From the NCBI GenBank assembly GCA_043228905.1, contig JBHGNT010000009.1, positions 12,338,001 to 12,402,000 of the forward strand: 64,000 bases of DNA, read 5' to 3'. Each line of letters begins with the position of its first letter. Within the stretch, counting starts at the first letter, position 1. Below, in pieces: positions 51,501 to 61,773 of the stretch. The DNA is from Azolla caroliniana (Eukaryota > Plantae > Polypodiophyta). The position numbers were made by a program, and so were the translations under genes. The notes beneath the pieces were generated by a model. That model was not told the DNA's origin, searched no databases, and saw only the letters and a list, made by a program, of their open reading frames with translations.

Positions 51501-52229
51501 CTAGGGATACGACAAGAGGAATTCCGGGTCTACTGCGACATTCAAAGTGCCATCCATCTCGTGAAGAATGCGACCTACCATTCCCGGACCAAACACATAT
51601 GGACGAGATACCACTAGCTCCAGGAAAAGGTAGAAGATAAAGAGTTTTCACTAACGAAGATCCCTATGGAAGAGAACGGGTCAGACATGTTGACCAAGAT
51701 GTTGTCAGCCGAGAAGCTGAACATGTGCCGGAGACGGATCGGATTGACAAGACATCCCATGCTAGAGTGAAGGGGGAGTTTGTTGGGAAAAAAGTCCCTT
51801 TGGATAAGAACCGGACGAGCCGGAGCGGACAAGGTGAAGGAAGGAACTAGACCAGATGGATCCGGAAGGTATTCGGCTGAACATATTTGTAATTATGTTC
51901 CAATGTGACTATTGAGCTCATATTTGTAAATAGCCCTAAATTTATATGATTGTAAATATAACTAGGGCAACTGTGTAAGAAAGTGTGAGTCTGTCTAGAG
52001 TTGTTGTTATTATTGTTTGTTGTTGTATAGTGAGAGACAAAAACAGAGAGTGTGCGATATAGAAAGTCGTTTCTGTTGCAACCGTCGTTTGGCAAAGATA
52101 TAGAGCTTGAGGTTGTCACCTCTGAGATTCTTATTGTAATACCTCTCACCTATAGTGATCCTGTTTGGAGTCTGAGAACTCCCGTGGTTTTTTCCCAATT
52201 TGGGTTTCCACGTTAACATTCAATGTCTT
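45532..52229 (+). mobile_element. Cluster of decayed, internally deleted Tork-like Copia copies
   Basis: LTR 45532-45877, degenerate PBS TGATATCAGAGC, then gag (45912) with deletions to ~47727. LTR fragment ~47741-47940. Second gag-PR-IN ~47945-50094. Two tandem RT/RH segments (50095-50930 and 50935-51769). PPT, then a related LTR from 51781 truncated at ~52229. Confidence 0.85.
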
Positions 52230-53187
52230 GGTTGTGGATAACTATCTCTATCAGTGTCAAGTGTGTGTTCTCTCTCCCGGGTTTGCTATGAATGAAGTGT
52301 GTGTTGAGTGGGTGTGAACGTGCATCTCTCTCTCTCTCTCTCTCTCTCGTTCGGTTCCCTTCAACACGAATCTGGAAACATTGGGGTATGTGTCTTAGCC
52401 GGGGTGATCAGTACCAGTGAAACTTGGTCTTCCCTCATCCGTCCCTCCCTTGTCCAAGACCCTGGTTGTCCCGCCCCAAATCCTACACATACCCGCAGAT
52501 TACCGTGACATCTTCTGGTGGACCTAACATGAAAGGGCAACAAAGGAGGATGGAGATGGAGTTTGGAAAAGTGAGAATGAGACGAAAAACGGTGCAATAA
52601 GTTGACGAGAGCGTGGTCGATCGAGTCAGCCATTTCAATAGAGACATAGTCCCATTCTATTTGGAAGCCTACAAGTTACGCAGAAATGGCGACAAGGAAT
52701 GTAGATGAGGCGTTGAGGCTAGAATATTTCTTTTGGGTGGTAGCCGCTTGGATGCACGCGGAGGTAAAGGAGCTCCAAGAAGGTCATAGTTCGTGGGAGT
52801 CCTTTGAAGAGGCGTTGTTGGAGGCATATGCATGCGGGTGGCCGAAAGAATGGGATAGACGTGACTTCAACCAGTGGGTGGCATCGGCGAAGACCCAACA
52901 GGGCGCAATGAAAACATTCTTAGAGTTCAAGTGGTGCTTTGCTCGGCTCCAAGAGCAGGAACAAAGATTGGTGGGGGTGGACAAAGTCCTGCAATTCGTA
53001 AATTCGATCGACCGGAAGGAATGGATGGCCATCAGACTCGACATTGAGAACGACGACTTAGAGAATGGTCTCCCCAAAGACTGGTCAGAAGTCAAAAGAG
53101 TATGATGAAGGTTGGATAGGGAGCGGTTGGGACCTTTACCGGTCATGACACGGCCTGTAAACGGTCAGGGGAAGGTGATGCACGATG

Positions 53188-53934
53188 TGACAGGAACTAC
53201 ACGCTCCCGATGAACACTGCTCGGCCACAACCAAGCTTAGAATCAAACACAGAAAAAAACGGGAATGAATGCACGACACAATGGAGAGAAGAGTACATAG
53301 GATGTTTACGTGGAAAACCCAAACACGGGAAAAACCACGGCAATCCACAAACTGCTAACTATCACTATGTAACAATATACAATAGATGAACACAGAGGCA
53401 ACGACCTCTTGTTCACTGTCTTCGCCATAGGTGGTGGTTACAACAGAGATACGAACTCTTCATCTCTTTCTCTTTCTCTCTCTCTCTCTCTCTGTACACT
53501 GTTGCGCTCTAATCTTGCACCAACAAGAATGACAACAACTCTAATGTTTGCCCTAAGTCATATTTATACTAATATGACTTTTTGGCTATTTACAAATATA
53601 GCCCCGATGGACTCTCAAAAACATATTTACGAATATGTCCCTTCATCCGGTGAGCACTCCTCACCAGGCCTGCATCATTCGGCGCTTGCCGGGCACATGT
53701 CATCCGGTTCTCACCGGTTCTTCACCATCCGGCTCTTGCCGGGTACTTGTCATCCGGTTCTCACCGGGTCCTCCGTAGCCGGGTATACCACATCCGGTTC
53801 TCACCGGGTCCTCCGTTTCCGGGTACTCCACATCCGGTTCTCACCGGGTCTTCCGTAGCCGGGTACTCGACATCCGGTTTGCTCATCAGTACTTATCTTC
53901 TCATTTCCCATCCGGAGGGACTTGATTCCTAACA
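53188..53934 (-). mobile_element. Solo LTR of the Tork-like family (747 bp)
   Basis: TG…CA ends, TSD CGATG (53183-53187 and 53935-53939), blocks shared with Tork-B LTRs (GTGGAAAACCC, GGCAACGACCTC, GGCTATTTACAAAT, CCCATCCGGAGGGAC), no internal domain. Confidence 0.9.
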
Positions 53935-54169
53935 CGATGGTGCACTATCATAGCAGGAACCAGGCGTACAATGGGACGGTTTGGCGGTGTGTGACATCGA
54001 AGCCTTGGTTTGGGAAGCATACAAGATCTTGAAGCCAAAAATCAATGAAGAGGAAAGATCTGACGCGTGGTCCAATTCGGGAGATTCGGAGAGCAAGGAG
54101 ATAGTTGGCTTCTCGGGTGCGATGGATGGGGGGGCTTATGTGGGGGCCGAAAGATGGTGCTATGGTACC

Positions 54170-57100
54170 TGAAAAAGATTATGTGTGGAAGCAATAGAGA
54201 ACCAAACACATAGAAAATACGCAGGTTTAATGGAGAGCTTGAGTATACACAGTACACGGGAGAGACATAGAGAGAGAGAGCACACAAAAACTTAATTAAA
54301 AAATAATACTCTGTCACTGTATATACACCGTGCTTAGTGTGCACCTTTTATACAAGCCCTGACAATCGGGCTGACACAAGTACTGACAATACTTGACTGC
54401 TCATAAATGAGCCTCGACACTCACTCCCAAAATTATTCCTTACGAGGAATATCTCTCTAACGGCCTTTCGGTTTACGCACCGATACGGCCTCTCGTTATG
54501 CACCGGTTTGCGTACTAGTTTACGTATCTGTTTTACGCACCGGTCCAGCCTAACCGATAGGTCCCAACCGATCCGGTTCTCGGCTTGCACAGCCAATCCT
54601 GCCAATGTTGAGCTTGTATCTCAACACTCCCCCTCAAGCTCAACTTGAGGTTCCATCCGCCCTTCTAGATCTACGGTCTGGTTCCTTCTGGCTTCACGCC
54701 TTGCTCGCGCTCCTCGACCCGTTCGATTCAACACGCCTCGACCCTTCCGGTTGGCTTGTCTCCTCACACGGCCCTTCTTAGCTTCCTTGCTGTTGCAGTG
54801 TTGGCGCCTCTTTTGTTGCCTTCTCTTCCGTTTGGCCCTTGGTTGATTCAACGTATCTGAATCAAACATCCGAACCGACTCGGCTTCCTCTGATCGGTTT
54901 TCCCCCTCGTCCGAGTTGGTTGCCTCCAACTCGTCTTCGGTCTTCTCGCCCTTGATGGCTTCGTCTCCCCCTTGCTTGGTTGGCTTCGGCTCTTTCTTTC
55001 GACTGCTCCCCTTATGTCCGCTTCCAGAATCTTGCGTGGGTCCGCCCTCGGCTTCTTCAGCCGATCCGAAATCGAATTCGTCATCCGACTCGGCATCACG
55101 GTCTTTTATGTTCCTTTCCTGCTCCCTTCCGTGGTAATCATGGATGTCTCGAATTCGTCATCAGACTCGGCATCACGGTCTTTTCCGCTCCTTTCCTGCT
55201 CCCTTCCGTGGTCATCATGGATGTCTCTCCCCCTCAAGTTCGGCACGTCGAGGTGACGCAACCCAAGCATACCCAAGAATTGTGACAACTTGTCCAGACC
55301 AAGAGGCTTGGTGAAGATGTCGGTGGTCTACCGATCCGTCGGAACATACTGAATTTCGACTTCACCGGACAGGACACGCTCCTGGACGAAATGGTAGTGT
55401 ACCTCAATGTGCTTAGTCCGGGCGTGGAAAACGGGGTTCTTTGCGAGCTGGATACTGCTGAGGTTGTCGTAGTAGATTGTCGTTGGATCGGATACCGCCA
55501 CCTACAGATCCTTAAGTAGCTGCTTCAACCATATGGCTTCGCATGTTGCGACAACCGTTCCTCTATACTCGGCTTCGGTGCTCGACAACGCAATTGTCGG
55601 CTGCTTCTTGCTACTCCAAGCGATTGTGACACTCCCAAGAGAGAACGCGAAACCGGACGTGGATCGGTAATCGACAGCATTTCCAGCCCAATTAGCATCG
55701 GTGTAACCGACCAATTGTGCGGTTGTATCAGTCCAATATAGTAGCCCCCGGGCCTTAGCGCCACTGACGTACCGGAGTACGCGTCGTGCGCACTGAAGGT
55801 GCTCCTCGGTCGGTCGCGCCATGAACGGACTAATCACCCCGACCGGGTAGCTGAGATCTAGGCGGGTGATGGTCAAGAATATAAGGCTTCGGACTATCTA
55901 TCGGAACCTCGTCTACTCACATACTTTTCCGGAATCGGGGCGAAGCTTGACGGTTCTATCAGGAGGAGTCGAGACGAATCGACAGTCGGCCATCCCAAAT
56001 TTGAAGAGCATACTCAGCACGTAATGACATTGGCTGATCAGTATGCCTTCGGGGGTGCGGATCACTTCGATCCCGAGGAAGTAATGAAGGTCCCCTAGAT
56101 CCTTCATGTCAAATGATGCCGCAAGCTGGAGCTTCACGTGGTTGATTTCACTTAGGTCGGCGCCGGTGATGACAAGGTCAATAACATAAAGTAAAATGCT
56201 AATCGGCCCAAGTCGACCTTTCCGGATGAACAGTGAGGAGTCCGATTGTGACATCGCAAAGCTCAACCGACGCAATCGGTGCGTGATCTTCACGTTCCAG
56301 GCACGTGGGGCTTGCTTCAATTCGTAAAGGGACTTCTTCAATCGGCACATTGCTGAAGTGTTCGTTCCGGAGTGAAAGCCGGGGGGTTGTACCATGTACA
56401 CCTGTTCCTCAAGCTCACCTTGCAAGAACGCATTCTTTACATCCATCTGATGTAAGTGTCACCCCTTTGCCGTAGCTACCGCGAGCAAAACACGGACGGT
56501 CGTCATCTTCGCGATCGGTGCAAACGTCTCATCATAGTCGATGTCGTGTTTCTACGCGTAACCTTTTGCTACTAACATGGCATTATATCGGTTGACCGAG
56601 CCGTTGGTGTTGTACTTGACCTTGTACACCCACCTGCATCCGATCGGCTTCACACCTTTCGGTGCGTCAACTAGGTCCTAGGTTTTATTCTCCGCTAATG
56701 CGCGCATCTCTTCCTCCATCGCGGCATGCCAGTCCGCGTCTTTCGCCGCTTCTGCGTAGCTCTCTAGCTCACACTCTTCCGTTACATGCGTCATGTACGC
56801 ATAGTGATGCACCATGTACTCGTTGTAACTGAACCGCACAATAGGGTTCTTCTGGCGGGTAGATCGGCGCAATTTCTCATTAGACGATCTTGAGGCTACC
56901 TTAGCCGATGCGGACTGCGCTCTTGAAGGCCCGTCATCACTTCCCTCGGAGTCGGACTTGCATAGATCCAACTCGTTCCTATCCGTGCCATAATTTGACA
57001 CCTTCTTCTTCCCTTTTTACTTGCGCGTAAGCCATCTCCACGGCTACCTATGCGGGGAATGCACGGCGGAGTCTCCACTACTCGCCGGCTCTTCCTCGGA

Positions 57101-59987
57101 CTAGTCAAACCGATTGAGTCGTCCATCCGGTCCGCTTAACCGAAACGAAATCGGACTCTCTTCGTGGGTCCCAATTTCAGGCTCATCCGGAGGCATTTCG
57201 GCCTCACTGACTCGGATTGGAGATGAGGTCCGGAGTCAGAGGCAAGTAGCAGGACGTGCACTCGTCAAACACAACGTCGCGGCCCACACGCACTTGTTTG
57301 GTGCGAGGGTTATAATACTTATAACCCTTCTGCTCGTCCGAATAGTCGGCCAATATACACTTCTTGGCTTTCGCGTCCAACTTCCTCCGTTTCTCTTTTG
57401 GCACATGCACATACGCAATGCTACCGAAAACTCTCAACTGTCGCAGATTCGGCTTTCTTCCGAAATACAGCTCATGTGCCAACACCTTTTCTCCGATCTG
57501 ATTCTGGATGTATACTACGGTTCGTACTGCTTCGACCCAAAAGAACTTGGGTAGGCTCTTCTCCTCTAGCATTGCCCGTGCCCCTTCTACAATTGACCGG
57601 TTCTTCCTCTCGGCCACACCGTTTGTTGCAGATAGCCGTTGAATTGACCAGAAAAGTGCTCTTTACCGCCATCTGATCGCAAGCACTTGATCTTTCGTCT
57701 TGTTTCCGTTTCGACGAATCCTTTGAGGTCCAGGAAACAGTCGACGACTTCACTCTTCTTCTCGATGAGGTAGATCCACGTGTGCCGCATATACTCGTTG
57801 ATGAAGGAGACAAAATATCGGCTCCCGCCAAGACTAACGTTCTGTGCCAGCCCCTATACATCGGAATGTATCAAGTAGAGCTTGTTCTGACTCCGGTTAC
57901 GCTTGTTGGGGAAAGGAAGTCGGTGTTGCTTCCCCAGCTGGCAGGCTTCACAAATTTGTGCCTTTCGGCAACTAAATTTGGGCAATCCGAACACCAATTG
58001 TTTCGATTGCAGGTCCTAAAGCCATTAATAGTTTATGTGGCCTATCGGCTTGTGCCATAAGTCGATATCCAATTTGACTTTTTGTCCTTTCACGAACATT
58101 GCGGTGCCATCGTCACTAGAGTCGAGGATAAACATCCTCCCGTCTCTACGCCCTTGCGCAATAACTCGGCCTTCTTCCTCGATGAAGCACCCAAGATGTG
58201 TGAACTGGACTTGCATCCCCTGGTCGACGATCTGCCCGACCAATACTTGATTCTTTGTGATTGTCGAGATGTGTAACACATTCATAACTTTCCCTTTTTT
58301 CCCGACATGGCTCAAGGGAACTTCACCGACATTCGCGATCAGATGTGGAGTGTCGTCTCCGATTTCGACTACTCCAGGTTGCATCGGTTTTTCCAGGTAC
58401 AAGAACCACTCCTTGTGGCATGTCATGTGGTTTGACGTACCACACCTCGTCCGACTTCGGGGTGATCTTCTTCATCGAGTTTTCCTCATGTCTCGTCACA
58501 AAGGCTGATCCTTTTCCGGCTTTTTCGGATCCTTAGGCATAGTGTGATCGCTGTCGATTTCCTTTGTCGGTCTATCCAAAACTTGTTCTGGATCCGGTTC
58601 TCTATGAATCAGCTCGCTTTTTCCAGCACTTGCTCTCCCTGTGGCCTTTCATGCCACAGTACCAGCATTCCGCGGCGGATTCCCTTGCTGATTCTCATCA
58701 CCTCGACTCCCCCTGTTTCCGGAGGGTCCAGGATTGTTGTCGGCATAAGTTCGGTGCCTTCTTCCTTGATCCCGTCGGCTGTCTCCATTGCGCACCGACT
58801 CGCCTCGTCCGCCACGACCACGGGGCCTATCTCCCTCCATGTACAACATCTTACTGTCGGCATGTGTGCTCGTCGACGCACCCGCGTGGTTCTCCTCTAT
58901 AAGGAGCATTGATTGTAAGTCGAAAAACGATGGCGTATTCTCCCGTGTACACACAGCAGTTCGAAACGCTCCGAACTTCGATGCCAATCCCCCGAGACAG
59001 ATCTGCACCATCTCGCCTTCCTCGAAGTTCACATCGATGGAGGCTAAAGAGTCACATATATCTTTGGTCTTCGAGGTGTAGTCGGCCACCGACAAGTCGC
59101 GTTGTCGTAGGTTGCTCAGCTCTTGTCGGAGTGGAAGCTTCCTGGCTTTAGTGCTTGCGGCGAAAATCTTCTTTAGATTTCCCCAAGCATCCTTCGGCGT
59201 TTTGGCATCCTAAATGTAGCTTAGGAGCTGCTTGCCCACACAAGACACGGAGCAGTATAGTACTCTGCTCACCGACTGTTCCCATGCCGGGAAATCTTCG
59301 TGTGTCGATTCGGGTGTTGTGTCATTTGCTTCGTCGACATAGCTCCAGTAACTGTGCCCGAGCAGGTACTGGTGCATCTTGTAGGACCAAGATGCGTAGT
59401 TGTTTCTGTCGAGCTTCTCCGTCGGAAGTGAGCTAGCCATGCCTCTATCCATCGGTTCCACCTGTTCTTCTTGGTTGGTTTTTCTTTTCAAACTATGTCG
59501 GCCGCAGAGGTTCTCAACCCTCGCACTCTGATACCATGAAAAAGATTATGTGTGGAAGCAATAGAAAACCAAACACACAGAAAATATGCAGTTTTAATGG
59601 AGAGCTTGAGTATACACAGTACATGGGACAAAGAGAGAGAGCACACAAAAACTTAATTCAAAAATAATACTCTATCATTGTATATACACCGTGCTCAGTG
59701 AGTACCTTTTATACAAGCCCTGACAATCGGGCTGACACAAGTACTGACAGTGCTTGACTGCTCATAAATGAGCCTTGACACTCACTCCCAAAATTATTCC
59801 TTATGAGGAATATCTCTCTAACGGCCTTTCGGTTTACGCACCGATACGGCCTCTCGTTATGCAGCGGTTTGCATATTGGTTTACGTATACATTTTACGCA
59901 CCGGTCCGGCCTAACCGATAGGTCCCAACCGATCCGGTTCTCGGTTTGCACAGCCAATCCAGCCAATGTGGAGCTTGTATCTCGACA
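54170..59987 (-). mobile_element. Ale-like Copia copy A3, full length, older and decayed
   Basis: LTRs 59537-59987 and 54170-54626, TSD GTACC (54165-54169 and 59988-59992), PBS TGGTATCAGAG (59536-59526), PPT at 54627-54637. Fragmented gag-pol from MDRGMASSLPTEKLD to RNase H. Confidence 0.95.
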
Positions 59988-60628
59988 GTACCATAGGAGA
60001 GGGTTTGGAGCAAGCGACCCTCTCGACTTGCTAAGAAATGAGGATCGCGGATAAGGTCATAAATTCGGAAGAAGATGGGTGTTTCAGGACGTGGTCGACT
60101 GGAACCCCAAGAGAGGGAGAAGCAAGCACGATGGAAGCTTGCACAATCGGTAACAGAGGGAAGGAAATAGCCACGGACAATGATGTCCAGACGGAGGTGG
60201 CTCTGGACAAGTTGACGGGGACCAAGACAATCCTAGCACCGGTTCCTGAGGCTTTGGCAGTCGGGCCTCAGAGCCGACGTGAGACTGGAGAGACAGAAGG
60301 TGGCGGCGGAAAAGCAAAGGACGTGGATGACGACACGGAGGAGGGAGGACGTGAAGATCCCTCCACACCGATTCCGGATACTTCAGCAGTCAGGCCCAAG
60401 AGCCGACGTGAGACCGAGAGATGGGAGGTGGTGGCGAGGAGGCCAAGGAAGAAACCACAGTAGGAGGTGGTGAGAACGGAAAAGTCGGAAGCCTATCCGA
60501 TGAAAAGACGACTCGGCCGAAAGTCGGCCCAAGCGAAGACCGACGGAATGGGAAAGCGATCGGCCAACACCAATCCGAGCAGAGGTCGAGCCATCCCAGT
60601 CGGAGGATGAAGCAGCACAAGCTGGAAG

Positions 60629-61324
60629 GGAAGTACCTCTAGCTGACGAGGTATTAGCATTACTATTGCTGGGATCCCTTCTGGACAGCTGGGAGACACT
60701 TGTTGTCACTTTGGGCAACGCCGGGCCGGAAGGGAAGCATCTATCCCTAGAGCAGGTGAAGTCAAGCTTGCTTAATGAAGAAGCCCGCCGGAAGAACCAT
60801 GAGTCCAATACCGACCAGAAGGCTTAAGTCACAGAAGGTGACAAGATTCGGGGAAGAGGCCGAAATCGAAGTCCCCAGAACCGAGATAAGTCGGGGACCA
60901 GGTCGAATCGAGGGGGAGACCTACGTGCTTCTATTATGGAAGGCCGGGGCACTTCCAGAAAAACTGTCGACACTTTCAAAAGGAGAAAAGGGGAGCTGAT
61001 GGTGTAGAGCCGAACAAAATCCCAGATAGGAAGAACACCTCAGCAATCACCGCGAGTGAGGAGGAATTGTCGCTCATAAGTGAGCAAAACGAAGTGAATC
61101 TCGCAAGAGAAGAATTGACATGGGTGGTCAATTCGGGTGATTCATTTCACCTAAACCCTGAGCGAAAGTGTTTCTCGTCCTACAGAGCAGAAGGTCTCGG
61201 ATTTGTAAAGATGGGAAATGAAGGAGCATGCCGGATTGTTGGTATTCGAGATGTGTGTTTGGAAACCTCAACCAGGTGCAGACTCGTGTTGAGAGATGTA
61301 CGACACATTCCGGAGGTTCGATTG
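60629..61324 (+). mobile_element. Tork-like fragment (gag C-terminus to protease), target of element D
   Basis: EVPLADEVLALLLLGSLLDSWETLVVTLGNAGPEGK…TWVVNSG…DVRHIPEVRL, cut by the LTR at 61325. Confidence 0.85.
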
Positions 61325-61740
61325 TGTTGGGATTTCGGTCCCTCCGGATGGGATGTCCCCGGAGATAAATGACGGCAAGCCCGGTTGCGGTTACGGATGT
61401 CCCCGGAGATAAATGACGGCAAGCCCGGTTGCGGTTACGGAACCGGATGATGAAGAGTACCCGGCATGAAGCCGGATGAAGAGTACCCGGATACGGATCC
61501 GGATGATGAAGACCCCAGCTACGGAGCTGGATGCTGAAGACCCCGGCTACGGAGCCGGATGACGAATGTACTCGGAGAGAGATCCGGATGCGGGGACATG
61601 TTTGTGAATATGTTTGCCAAGAGCCCTTTGAGGCTATATTTGTAAATAGCCCGAAAGTCATATGTGTATGAATATGACTTAGGGCAAACAGTTTAAATGT
61701 TGTTGCTCATTTTGAGAGAGAGAGAGAAAAAAGTGAGTAG

Positions 61741-61773
<33 letters not shown>

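Larger units (their letters stand above)
52230..60628 (+). mobile_element. Degenerate Gypsy-like element (gag-like ORF 52686-53105, no recognisable pol) hosting a solo LTR and Copia A3
   Basis: ORF with W.SFEEALLEAY…FNQWV…EF…F.RL…DKVL.F…GL..DWSEV resembles retrotransposon gag. Sequence is contiguous across both TSD-flanked insertions. Boundaries uncertain. Confidence 0.5.

Noticed and set aside
53640-53880. Regularly spaced repeats resembling a CRISPR array
   Set aside because: Units are head-to-tail without unique spacers, lie inside a TSD-flanked LTR, and there are no cas genes. The context is eukaryotic.
55073-55226. ~77-bp tandem duplication in the A3 C-terminal tail
   Set aside because: Private to this decayed copy and frame-disrupting. 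Ordinary slippage.
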